Shown one piece after another: positions 42,560 through 51,879 of a stretch of 64,000 nucleotides of DNA. Each line of letters opens with the position of its first letter. Position 1 is the first letter of the stretch. A program made the position numbers and the translations under genes. The stretch comes from an uncultured Pelagibacteraceae bacterium (GTDB lineage: Bacteria; Pseudomonadota; Alphaproteobacteria; Pelagibacterales; Pelagibacteraceae). Where the stretch lies: NCBI GenBank assembly GCA_902576395.1, contig CACGVB010000001.1:44420-108419 (forward strand), written 5' to 3'. The notes under the pieces were generated by a model. That model was not told the origin of the DNA, made no database searches, and saw only the letters and a list, made by a program, of their open reading frames with translations.

Positions 42560-43384
42560 ATGATTATTAAAAAAGTTAACAAATTTTTCGGTGATAATCA
42601 TGCCGTTAAAAACGTTTCTTTTGAGGTTAACAAACCTCAAATGATAGGAATCATAGGTAGATCTGGGGCTGGTAAATCAACATTACTAAGAATTATAAAT
42701 CGACTTACCGACGCAACAGATGGGTCGATTGAAATTGAAGGTCAAAATATTCTAGATTTAAAAAGTAAGGAAAAGAGATCATGGCAAAGAAACTGTGCAA
42801 TGATTTTTCAACAATTTAATTTAGTCCCACGATTAGATGTTCTAACAAATGTAATATTAGGCAGATTAAATTATCAGGGCTCATTTAGAGCATCCTTAAA
42901 AATGTTTTCTCGAGATGAAAGAGCTGATGCTCTGATTTTACTCAATAACTTAGGTATGGCTAACACTGCCCTTCAAAGAGCTGAAACGTTATCTGGAGGT
43001 CAACAGCAACGTGTAGCTATATGCAGAGCTTTGATGCAAAATCCTAAAATGATTTTAGCAGATGAACCTATAGCATCTTTAGACCCAATGAATGCAAGAA
43101 TGGTAATGGAGTCATTAAGAAAAATTCATGATGAAAAAAATTTAACGGTCATTTCAAATCTTCATACCCTAGATACAGCAAAAACCTATTGTGACCGTAT
43201 TATTGGAATGAAAGATGGCGCAATTGTCTTTGATGATGTACCAGAAAAATTATCAGACAAACTTGCAAGAGAAATTTATGGTGCAGAAGCTGATGAAGCT
43301 TTTGAACCACAAGTAACATCCACTGAGCTTAAAACAAAAAAAAAGATAAATGGAGATGTTGAGAAAGAATTTGCAACTGCATGA
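42560..43384 (+). CDS. phnC: Phosphonate ABC transporter ATPase
   Basis: [18 protein letters not shown] and [10 protein letters not shown] motifs. Confidence 0.95.
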   Translation: MIIKKVNKFFGDNHAVKNVSFEVNKPQMIGIIGRSGAGKSTLLRIINRLTDATDGSIEIEGQNILDLKSKEKRSWQRNCAMIFQQFNLVPRLDVLTNVILGRLNYQGSFRASLKMFSRDERADALILLNNLGMANTALQRAETLSGGQQQRVAICRALMQNPKMILADEPIASLDPMNARMVMESLRKIHDEKNLTVISNLHTLDTAKTYCDRIIGMKDGAIVFDDVPEKLSDKLAREIYGAEADEAFEPQVTSTELKTKKKINGDVEKEFATA

Positions 43385-43444
43385 GATCAATAACTCATCG
43401 TTACAAATAAGTCGTTAGACTAAAATTATAAAAAGGAGATAATT

Positions 43445-44395
43445 ATGTTTAATAAACTAACAAGAGTTATTGCACTTTTGGCTATGGTGTTTTTTTCAAC
43501 TCAAGCTAATGCAGTAACTTACACAGGTCCAAAAATGGACTTAAGTAAATACCAACCAGAGTTTAGAGTTGGTTTTTTAGGTGACGAAGCAGCTCAAGAT
43601 ATTATAGCTAGAAATGAATGTTTCATGCCGTATATCGAAGCCGCTTATGGTGTACCAGCTAAATTTTTTACTTTTAAAGACTACGCTGGAACAATGGAGT
43701 CGATGCTAGGTGGTAATCTAGATTACACTTGGTTCGGTTCTTCAGGTTACGCAGGTATGTATTTAAAAGATCCAACTGCAGTAGTACCAGTACTAACAAG
43801 AATGCAGCCAACAGGTGATATGGGTTACTACTCTGTTGCAGTAGCAACTAAAGCATCTGGAATTAAATCAATGGCAGATCTTAAAGGTAAATCTTTTGGT
43901 TGGGCTGACCCTAACTCTACATCAGGTTTTTTAATTCCTTCAATTGAATTAAAGGCTATGGGTATGGACCCAGATACATATTTTTCAAAAACACAATTTT
44001 CTGGTGGGCATGAAAACAATGTATTAGCGGTAATGAATGGTGATGTTGATGCTGGTGTAACATGGGTATCTGGTGTTGGTAGCTGGGAAGAAGGATATTC
44101 GTCAGGGAATTTAAGAAAAATGGTTGATAAAGGGATTTTAAATATGGACGACATTGTTCAAATTTGGTCTTCAAAATTAATTCCTAATGGTCCAATTGTG
44201 ATGCCTACTTTTTTACCTGTTAGAGCACACCAAGTAATGATTGGTTTAAAGCAATGGATACACGAGAACGATCCAAAATGTAGCGAAAACGTTGCAAACG
44301 GGATTGTAAAAAAATGGGTTCCGGTGGATCATTCTTTTTACGAGTCAGTTGTAGCTGCAAGAAAAGCTAAAATTGAAGCGCAAAAAAATAATTAA
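43445..44395 (+). CDS. phnD: Phosphonate ABC transporter substrate-binding protein
   Basis: Signal peptide; DPNSTSGFLIP and GGHE motifs. Confidence 0.94.
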   Translation: MFNKLTRVIALLAMVFFSTQANAVTYTGPKMDLSKYQPEFRVGFLGDEAAQDIIARNECFMPYIEAAYGVPAKFFTFKDYAGTMESMLGGNLDYTWFGSSGYAGMYLKDPTAVVPVLTRMQPTGDMGYYSVAVATKASGIKSMADLKGKSFGWADPNSTSGFLIPSIELKAMGMDPDTYFSKTQFSGGHENNVLAVMNGDVDAGVTWVSGVGSWEEGYSSGNLRKMVDKGILNMDDIVQIWSSKLIPNGPIVMPTFLPVRAHQVMIGLKQWIHENDPKCSENVANGIVKKWVPVDHSFYESVVAARKAKIEAQKNN

Positions 44396-44411
44396 TTAAA
44401 CCTCCTATAAA

Positions 44412-44450
44412 CAGAGGCAAAGACTGTAAATCTTTGCCTCTGATTTATTT
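44412..44450 (+). terminator. Stem-loop after phnD
   Basis: CAGAGGCAAAGA-CTGTAAA-TCTTTGCCTCTG, a perfect 12-bp stem followed by a T-rich tract. Confidence 0.8.
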
Positions 44451-44460
44451 TTTAAAAATT

Positions 44461-45315
44461 ATGACAAAAGCCTTACCTGCCAACCTAGAACAAATTGAAG
44501 TTAATTTAAAAAAATTAACAAACCAGAGAACTAGGTCCTCGCTACTTGGAATTGCAATTCTAATATTAATTTTTTTTGGTGGTACCTTGGTATCGTTAGA
44601 AGCAAATGCAGGGTCTTTTGGAAGAGGTATAGCTAATTTTTTTAACTACCCTAGAGATTTATTTGTAGACACTTTTGAGATGGGATGGAAATATTGGCCA
44701 AGAGTTATTAAGTATATTCCTGAATTAATTATTACTTTAAATATTGCTTTATTTTCAACTTCGATCGGATTTGTTTTGGCAGTTATTTTTGCAATCTTCT
44801 CTAGTAGAAATTTAATAAGAAATAAAAGAGTTATTCAATTTACAAAATTTTTTATGGATGTGACAAGATCATTTCCAACATTAATAATAGCAATGGTGTT
44901 TTTATATTTGATGGGTAAATCATCTTTACCAGCAGTGATTGCTATTACGATACACACTGCTGGAGCACTTGGTAAATTATTTACTGAGGCTATAGAAAAT
45001 TGTGATGGAAAACCTATTGAAGGTTTAAGTTCTGTTGGTGCAACTTGGACACAGAAGATAAGATTTTCAGTTCTTCCCCAGGTACTACCTTTGTTTTTAA
45101 GTTATGGAATATTGAGGTTAGAAATTAATGTTAGAGAATCTACAATATTAGGTTTTGTTGGTGCAGGTGGAATTGGAGAAATGTTAGCAGCTTTAATACA
45201 ATGGAATTATGGAGCTGATGTTTTAGCGTGTATGTTCTTACTGGTTGGTACGATAATTGCATTAGATTATTTGTCTGCATATTGGAGACATAAATTAATT
45301 GGAGCAAATCAATGA
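44461..45315 (+). CDS. phnE: Phosphonate ABC permease PhnE (1)
   Basis: HTAGALGKLFTEAIE and EINVRESTILGFVGAGGIG motifs; ATG at 44461. Confidence 0.93.
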   Translation: MTKALPANLEQIEVNLKKLTNQRTRSSLLGIAILILIFFGGTLVSLEANAGSFGRGIANFFNYPRDLFVDTFEMGWKYWPRVIKYIPELIITLNIALFSTSIGFVLAVIFAIFSSRNLIRNKRVIQFTKFFMDVTRSFPTLIIAMVFLYLMGKSSLPAVIAITIHTAGALGKLFTEAIENCDGKPIEGLSSVGATWTQKIRFSVLPQVLPLFLSYGILRLEINVRESTILGFVGAGGIGEMLAALIQWNYGADVLACMFLLVGTIIALDYLSAYWRHKLIGANQ

Positions 45316-46712
45316 GTTCTAGTTTAGCTATTCAAAGAGAAAATATTCGTAAATTATTTCCTGACACATTCAATCAAGCTAGAAAAAGTAGATTAAGAGG
45401 CCAAATAATTTTTTTTCTCGTCTTAGTATATTTAATAGTAGGTTTTTTTACTTTAGATGTTGTTGATATCCCAAAAAAATGGAAACCACAAAATGCTGCT
45501 ATGTTTGTCTTAGACACATATGCACACAAAGATCATGTAACAATGAAATGGGAAAATCATGAGGATATTAAAATAGCTTTTGAAGGAAATTATAGAAGTG
45601 TTTATGGAAGAGATAATCTTGATAAATCAATTCCAGATTGGTTTTATAAAAATTCTGATAAAGTTGGCAATGTAGTTGAGTTTAATAATAAAGGTAAGGC
45701 AATATTATACAAAGATAAAGTCGAGATTGTAAATTTTCCAAAATATGAGAGAGATTTTACCATAAAATTAAATTCTAATGGTAAACCTTACCTTGTAGGT
45801 TCAGAGGATTTGGTCATAGAAGATTTAAAAGGTTTTAGAATCACAGAAAATAGAGTTGAATTTAGACCAACTTTGTATGAGAGAATTCAAGTATATCCAA
45901 AAAAAGTTGAAATTCATCGTTACAGTATCGGATGGAAATATTTTTGGTTTGATTTCTCAAGTCCGTTAGAACCATATACCTTTTTCGAAGCATTAGGTTT
46001 GACTTTTTCTAAAGAAAGAGTTGTTCCTGAAATGTCTAATTTAAAACTTTTCTTAACAGAGATTAAGGATAATGAAGCATTTATGCACGGTAGAGTTTGG
46101 TGGGCAATGCTCGAAACAATAGTTATGGCTGTACTTGGGACAATGTTTGCTACGGTAATGGCTCTGCCCTTGTCATTCCTTGCTGCATACAACGTTACAC
46201 CTATTAAAGCTCTAAGATTTACGTTAAGAAGATTATTTGATACTTTAAGAGGAATAGACTTTTTAATTTGGAGTTTAATATTTTTAAGAGCTTTTGGTCC
46301 AGGACCCTTCACTGGTATTTTTGCGATTGGTTTTACTGATACAGGTACTTTAGGTAAATTATATTCTGAAGCAATTGAAAATACTGAGAAGAAACAACAA
46401 GAAGGAGTTAAATCTACAGGGGCTAGCAAATTTCTACAACATAGATTTGGTATAATTCCTCAAATACTTCCAATTTTTGTATCTCAATCCTTATACTATT
46501 TAGAGTCAAATACTAGAGGAGCCGTAATAATAGGTGCAATGGGCGCAGGAGGAATTGGTTTACAATTTTTAGGTGCACTAGGTACTGGAAATGATTTTGA
46601 AAATGTCGCCTACATGGCAATATTAGTTTTGGCTGTAGTAATATTTATGGATAGATTATCTGCTTGGCTTAGAAGAATATTAATTGGATCAGATCAATTA
46701 ATTGTAAGGTAA
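45312..46712 (+). CDS. phnE: Phosphonate ABC permease PhnE (2), with large extramembrane domain
   Basis: DTGTLGKLYSEAIE and ESNTRGAVIIGAMGAGGIG motifs. Confidence 0.92.
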   Translation: MSSSLAIQRENIRKLFPDTFNQARKSRLRGQIIFFLVLVYLIVGFFTLDVVDIPKKWKPQNAAMFVLDTYAHKDHVTMKWENHEDIKIAFEGNYRSVYGRDNLDKSIPDWFYKNSDKVGNVVEFNNKGKAILYKDKVEIVNFPKYERDFTIKLNSNGKPYLVGSEDLVIEDLKGFRITENRVEFRPTLYERIQVYPKKVEIHRYSIGWKYFWFDFSSPLEPYTFFEALGLTFSKERVVPEMSNLKLFLTEIKDNEAFMHGRVWWAMLETIVMAVLGTMFATVMALPLSFLAAYNVTPIKALRFTLRRLFDTLRGIDFLIWSLIFLRAFGPGPFTGIFAIGFTDTGTLGKLYSEAIENTEKKQQEGVKSTGASKFLQHRFGIIPQILPIFVSQSLYYLESNTRGAVIIGAMGAGGIGLQFLGALGTGNDFENVAYMAILVLAVVIFMDRLSAWLRRILIGSDQLIVR

Positions 46713-46779
46713 ATAGAAAAAATACCTTTATCAAAAATTTTTCTAGAAATTTTAATTTAAGAATTTAAAAAGATAAAAA

Positions 46780-47208
46780 TCAATCTTTCCAGAATTTCCA
46801 CCAAGGTTTTTCTTCCTTTGTTATCTCATTATTGTCAACAACAACTTTAGTTATAGATGGATCCTCTCCATCTACTAATCCTGCTCTAGCAGTTGTTTTA
46901 GCGTCTTCTAATTTTAGTTTTGCCTCAAAAACTCTGTTTTCATTACACAATTTCATGCCCTCTTTCATTAATGCTTCTGCCTCAGATGCTTTTTCGGGAC
47001 TAGATCTTGAAATATCATTTTTAACAGTGGCTCTTAACATAAGTACGCCAGGGTCTTCACAATTCCCTATTTCATTTTTAAATGTATCCTCAGTATTTTG
47101 TGAATAACTACTGCCGGCTTGTTGCTCTGTTATTTTAGCATGATTGTCAGCTTGAGTAATAGAAATTGTGGATAAAGTTAATATAAATGAGATTAAGATT
47201 TTATTCAT
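46780..47208 (-). CDS. Secreted hypothetical protein with two Cys and C-terminal KPWWKFWKD
   Basis: Signal peptide (MNKILISFILTLSTISITQA); clean 142-aa ORF. Confidence 0.75.
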   Translation of the reverse strand: MNKILISFILTLSTISITQADNHAKITEQQAGSSYSQNTEDTFKNEIGNCEDPGVLMLRATVKNDISRSSPEKASEAEALMKEGMKLCNENRVFEAKLKLEDAKTTARAGLVDGEDPSITKVVVDNNEITKEEKPWWKFWKD

Positions 47209-47229
47209 AATAATCTATTAACTTACTTT

Positions 47230-47246
47230 TGTTAAAAAAATGTTAA
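47230..47246 (-). promoter_or_regulatory. Pho-box-like direct repeat upstream of the secreted hypothetical gene
   Basis: Minus strand reads TTAACA-TTTTT-TTAACA (11-bp period). Confidence 0.5.
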
Positions 47247-47262
47247 AGAAATAAAAAAATTT

Positions 47263-48435
47263 GTGAAATATTTGTCTGCATTTTTAATAGGTATATCAGT
47301 TACCTTTTGTTACAGCAGTTGTATGTATCTGTTCTCAGCGTTGTTGCTAACTTGGGAAAATGAACTTAGTATCTCAAGGAATAATTTAACCTTTATTTAT
47401 TCTCTAGGCTTAGTTGTGCATAGTTTACTTTTACCTTTTCTAGGTAAGATTGTAGATAGAAATCTAAGTTTTCCAATGATGTGGACCAGTCCTATACTGT
47501 TAGGACTAAGTGTAATTTATCTTTCATCAGTAGATACATATGGTGGATTTTTACTTGCTTGGATACTTGTCAGTGCAACCTCGGGTGGCTGTCTTTATAC
47601 GATGCTTTTTAGTGTCATTACTATTAATTTAAAATCAAAGGCCAAAACATCTATTGCAATAATTACTTTATTTGCTGGATTTGCAAGCACATACACATTT
47701 CCTACTGCTACTTATTTAACAGAACAATATGACTGGAGGTTTACTGTATTTATTTTTGGAATATTAAATATATTGATTAGTTCACCAGCTAATTATTTTG
47801 GTTTCAAAAATATAATTATAAAAGAATTTAAAAAAATTGAAAAGAAAACAGATCAAAATTCAAAGCTTAAAATAATACTTAAAGATTATAGATTTTGGTT
47901 ATTTAGTTTTTCATTGTTTGTTATTGGATTTAATATTGGTGCTATTACAACTCATGTAATTCCAATGTTGCAGGAAAAAGGGATGAGTCTATCCCAAGCT
48001 GTATTGACAGCATCTCTGTTTGGACCAGGACAAGTAATAGGTAGAATTTTAGTTATGATATATGGAGGTGATAAGTCAAATTTAAAATTATTTGTAATTT
48101 GTTTTTACTCGATGGTAGTTGGAATGATATTTTTATACTTTATAAATATTAATCATTACTTAGCATTTTTATTTGTTTTATTTAATAGTTCAGCATATGG
48201 CAGTATGGCTATTTTAAAACCTTTGGTTCAAAATGATACTTTTGGCCAAAAAAACTTTGGCAATATTCATGGTATTTTAGCTTTGCAATATATGATTGGT
48301 AGTATTGCTGGTCCATGGATTGGTTCGTTGGTATGGAATGTAGGAGGATATGATTTGTTAATATTAGTATTTTTTGTTTTAGCAATATTTGGTAACTCGA
48401 CAGCAATTTTTTTAAACAAAAAAAAGTTTATTTAA
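47263..48435 (+). CDS. MFS transporter (resembles ArsK-like subfamily)
   Basis: About 12 TM; GKIVDR, ITLFAGFAST and LFGPGQVIGR motifs. Confidence 0.8.
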   Translation: MKYLSAFLIGISVTFCYSSCMYLFSALLLTWENELSISRNNLTFIYSLGLVVHSLLLPFLGKIVDRNLSFPMMWTSPILLGLSVIYLSSVDTYGGFLLAWILVSATSGGCLYTMLFSVITINLKSKAKTSIAIITLFAGFASTYTFPTATYLTEQYDWRFTVFIFGILNILISSPANYFGFKNIIIKEFKKIEKKTDQNSKLKIILKDYRFWLFSFSLFVIGFNIGAITTHVIPMLQEKGMSLSQAVLTASLFGPGQVIGRILVMIYGGDKSNLKLFVICFYSMVVGMIFLYFININHYLAFLFVLFNSSAYGSMAILKPLVQNDTFGQKNFGNIHGILALQYMIGSIAGPWIGSLVWNVGGYDLLILVFFVLAIFGNSTAIFLNKKKFI

Positions 48436-48982
48436 AGCTTCTCTCTACGTGTTTGTAAAAATAATTTATATTTGGAATTTCTAAATTTTCAATTTTAGCA
48501 AGATCATCATATTTTCTTAATCTAACTGCATCTTGCATAAAAGGTTGTTTAATAAATTCGTTTGCTTCCTCTTTGGAAAAACTTCCTCCTTGGACATCTA
48601 AACTTCGTTTTGAAGCAATAGATAAAGACTCATAATAACCTTTTTCACAATAAACCAAATATCTTTTAGCCGGAACATGTCCTTTAATTAATATTGTAAC
48701 ATCTTCTGGAAAAAATCTAGAAAGAAAAAGAGATCCTGAATTTTCATGCTTTTTATCTATTCCTTTTTTTATGGCTTCTTTGTCATTATTAATTAAGTGA
48801 CCAATATCATGGAATAGGGCTGCAGTAATAAAAAAATGGTTTTCATTATTTTTTTTTGCCAATAATGCGCATTGAATTGCATGTTCTAGTTGTGAAACTT
48901 TTTCATTTCCATATTGTTTGTCTGATCCAATTTCTTCTATAATTTTAAATAAATTGGCAATATTTGACATATTATCCATCAT
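48428..48982 (-). CDS. phnZ: PhnZ-like HD-domain diiron oxygenase
   Basis: YGNEKVSQLEHAIQCA, HDIGH, HE, HVPAKRYL, LSxASxxSLxxQGG and DDLAK motifs. Confidence 0.8.
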   Translation of the reverse strand: MMDNMSNIANLFKIIEEIGSDKQYGNEKVSQLEHAIQCALLAKKNNENHFFITAALFHDIGHLINNDKEAIKKGIDKKHENSGSLFLSRFFPEDVTILIKGHVPAKRYLVYCEKGYYESLSIASKRSLDVQGGSFSKEEANEFIKQPFMQDAVRLRKYDDLAKIENLEIPNINYFYKHVERSFK

Positions 48983-48999
48983 ATTCTTTTAAATTAAAA

Positions 49000-49019
49000 A
49001 TGTTTCAGTTTTATTACAA
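49000..49019 (-). promoter_or_regulatory. Pho-box-like site upstream of phnZ
   Basis: Minus strand reads TTGTAAT-AAAA-CTGAAAC, close to CTGTCAT-N4-CTGTCAT. Confidence 0.5.
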
Positions 49020-49077
49020 TTTAGATTTAGTACTCATTAAGTATAGAAAAAATATTTTATAGTAATAAAAGTTAAAA

Positions 49078-49533
49078 ATGAAAAAACTTTTATTTGTTTG
49101 TACTGGCAATTCTCACAGAAGCATATTGGCCGAAAGTGTAGTTAATAAATTTCATAAAAATAAATTTATTGGTTACAGTGCGGGTAGCAAACCATCTGGA
49201 ATAATTAATAAATATGTTATTAAGTATCTAAATGAAAATAATTTTGATACAAAAAATCTGTCATCAAAAAACTTCAACAAATTCTTGAATGAGAAAACAA
49301 CCTTTGATCAGGTATTTACTGTATGTAATAATGCTAGTAATGAAGTTTGTCCAGTCTGGCCATCCCCTGAAAAAATAGTTCATTGGGATATTGAAGATCC
49401 TGTTTATATCATTAATGAGTTAGAGAAGAGTGATAAACCAAATAAAGAAGAGCTGATTTCAACAGAAATACATAAAACTTATTCCAATTTAGAAACAAGA
49501 ATTAATGATTGGATAAAAAATTATGAAATATAG
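49078..49533 (+). CDS. arsC: Thioredoxin-type arsenate reductase (LMW-PTP fold)
   Basis: P-loop CTGNSHRS, resolving pair in VCNNASNEVCP, and HWDIEDP. Confidence 0.85.
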   Translation: MKKLLFVCTGNSHRSILAESVVNKFHKNKFIGYSAGSKPSGIINKYVIKYLNENNFDTKNLSSKNFNKFLNEKTTFDQVFTVCNNASNEVCPVWPSPEKIVHWDIEDPVYIINELEKSDKPNKEELISTEIHKTYSNLETRINDWIKNYEI

Positions 49534-50200
49534 TAAGTTTTTTCTTGGAGAGTTTATTGGTAGTTGTTTCCTTGTAATGATTATTGTTGGCTCAGGAATA
49601 ATGGCTGAAAATCTTACAAATGACACAGGTATTATGCTTTTAGCCAATACTATAGCAACTGGCGCAGGACTTTTTGTGCTAATAACTGTTTTTAGTGATG
49701 TTTCAGGAGCACATTTTAATCCATTTGTAAGTCTAGCAATGTTTCTTACAAAAAAATTAAAAGGAAATTTATTACCCACATATATATCTGCGCAAATTTT
49801 AGGTTGTTTGTTAGGTGTAGCACTTGCCAATTTCTTTTTCGAACATCAAATTTTTGAATTATCAACAAAATCAAGGGACGGAATAAATATATTTACATCT
49901 GAAATTGTAGCAACATTTGGATTGATACTGATAATTTTTGGATCATTAAAGAAAGGAAGTGTGGTAGTGGCCTCATGTGTAGCTTTTTATATCACTGCTG
50001 GTTATTGGTTTACATCATCTACATCATTTGCAAATCCTGCTGTAGCAATAGCGAGAACATTTACAGAAAGTTTTACTGGAATTAATTATATGTATACTCC
50101 AGTTTATATATTAGCAGAAATTATCGGTGCACTTTTTGCTGTATTTGTGGCTAAAAAAATGCTTTTCAATAACAGGACAAGAGATAAAACTATCTCGTAG
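49523..50200 (+). CDS. MIP/aquaporin channel, AqpS-like (ars-associated)
   Basis: SGAHFNPF and YWFTSSTSFANPA motifs; overlaps arsC. Confidence 0.88.
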   Translation: MKYSKFFLGEFIGSCFLVMIIVGSGIMAENLTNDTGIMLLANTIATGAGLFVLITVFSDVSGAHFNPFVSLAMFLTKKLKGNLLPTYISAQILGCLLGVALANFFFEHQIFELSTKSRDGINIFTSEIVATFGLILIIFGSLKKGSVVVASCVAFYITAGYWFTSSTSFANPAVAIARTFTESFTGINYMYTPVYILAEIIGALFAVFVAKKMLFNNRTRDKTIS

Positions 50201-50310
50201 AAAAATTGAACCTATAAGATTTAAGGTCAATTTTCTAAATCAGTTTTTAAAAAATTTATTGAATATTAAAGATTAAAATAATAATGAAGAATATCTATAA
50301 GTAAAAACTA

Positions 50311-51030
50311 TTACAGGCTAGAAGGATTAATACTTTCAAACTCCAGCATGTTTTTAAAGGTACACATTTCAGGTTTTGTTAAAGTAATTTTTGGAAATTT
50401 TTTATTAAAATCAGAGGATAATTGTTTATTAAATTTAATTAAATTTTTTATTTCAGTCTCATTAAGTTGTCTCAAGATATAAGCTAATGTAACATGGAAA
50501 GTATATCTTTGATGATTTTCAAATTTAATTTTCAATAAATTACTTAGTTCATCTCTACAATTTCTTAAAATTTTTTCGTCCTCCTCAGAAAAGGGTTCTA
50601 AAACAATGCTGTAACCACCAAAAAATGTTTTTAGTTTTAAATTGATTTCTTTTGGAAAATTATAGTTTTCAATTCTTTTATTTAATTGAATAGCTATATC
50701 TTTGTAATCCAAATCAAGATCTATATCTGTTGGCCAATAGTAAGTATTTTTTGTATTTAAATTACAACAGTCAAATAATGTCATATGAAAACTAGATGGA
50801 GGTAAATAGGAATAAGTTTTTTCAGGATTAAAATTTTCTAAATTTTTTTGAAAACCAATAATTTGATCAGATAAATATGTATTAAGAGGAATATTACAAA
50901 TTATTGTGCACCCTGGAAATGGTAAAGGTTTTCCTTTATCGTCAAATTTATTTTCTGCACCTTTTAAAGTATACCCTCTAAGTTTACCTGCTAAAAATTG
51001 CTCTTGGTTATTAACTATATTTAAATCCAT
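50311..51030 (-). CDS. DUF1868 protein (2H phosphoesterase-like)
   Basis: KFDxxGxxxPFPGxT, LPPSSFHMTLFD and YTFHVTLAY (two HxT motifs). Confidence 0.82.
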   Translation of the reverse strand: MDLNIVNNQEQFLAGKLRGYTLKGAENKFDDKGKPLPFPGCTIICNIPLNTYLSDQIIGFQKNLENFNPEKTYSYLPPSSFHMTLFDCCNLNTKNTYYWPTDIDLDLDYKDIAIQLNKRIENYNFPKEINLKLKTFFGGYSIVLEPFSEEDEKILRNCRDELSNLLKIKFENHQRYTFHVTLAYILRQLNETEIKNLIKFNKQLSSDFNKKFPKITLTKPEMCTFKNMLEFESINPSSL

Positions 51031-51039
51031 TAAAATAAA

Positions 51040-51877
51040 CTAAAACCAGTTTATATTTTCTTTGTCACAAAGTTCTTTCAGCCTTAATGGATAGTCTGTC
51101 ATGATACCATCTACACCATACTCAATCATTTTTAACATATCGTTCTCTTCATTAACTGTCCAAACGTTCACTGGCAAATCTTCTTGATGAGAAATATCTA
51201 CTAGTTTTTTTGTAATATCTTTATGGTATGGATGCAAAGCCTTTCCACCTTGTGATTTTATAATTTTTGGTAATTCATATTTTTCAAAAAAAGGTAAGTA
51301 ACTCATCCATGGAGATCTATTGTAAATTGTATTTTTAATTTTAATTCCTGCCTGTTGTTGAAAACTTAAATAAGCTCTTGAAATTTCAGGGTAAAGATTT
51401 TTGATTTCTGTCAGTGTTCTCCAATCAAATGAAGAAATGATTATTTTATTTTGTAAATTTGATTTATTTACTTCTTTCATAACAAGTTTTACCATTTCCT
51501 CTGGGGTTGGAGTTAAATTTTCCTCGTCAGGTGTAGATTTAATTTCTAAATTTATTAACAAATCTTCTTCCATATCTAGATAATTTATTTAAAGACCCAA
51601 CATCAAATTTTAAAAGCTCATCGTAACTTAAGTCAAATATTATTATATTTTCATCCGTTATCCAATTTCCCTCATTATCTTTTGTAAAACTTGGATCTAA
51701 TCTAAAGTCATGTGTAATCACAGGAATAAGATCTTTGGAAATCAAAATATCTGTTTCGTATGCATTAATATTGTTTTTAAATAAATATTTAAAACTTTCT
51801 AAAGTATTTTCAGGAAGATCTCCTCTAGCGCCTCTATGGCCATAAATTTTAATATAATTTGGCTTTGATAAAATCAA
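51040..51877 (-). pseudogene. ugpQ: Glycerophosphodiester phosphodiesterase (UgpQ/GlpQ) split into two frames
   Basis: The N-half (GHRGARG, PENT, ETD, THD) at 51539-51877 and the C-half (LEIKS, SSFD, WTVN, GVDGIMTDYP) at 51040-51573 are in different frames. Confidence 0.8.
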
Positions 51878-51879
51878 AA

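Noticed and set aside
45920-46429. 169-aa antisense ORF
   Set aside because: It lies wholly opposite phnE2 and has no recognisable motif; a codon-mirroring artefact.
45312-46712. Unusually long PhnE with a large extramembrane insert
   Set aside because: A long second PhnE is common in alphaproteobacterial phn operons.
51539-51573. Programmed frameshift in ugpQ
   Set aside because: No clear slippery heptamer with a stimulatory structure, and a conserved segment appears to be missing, which recoding could not restore.
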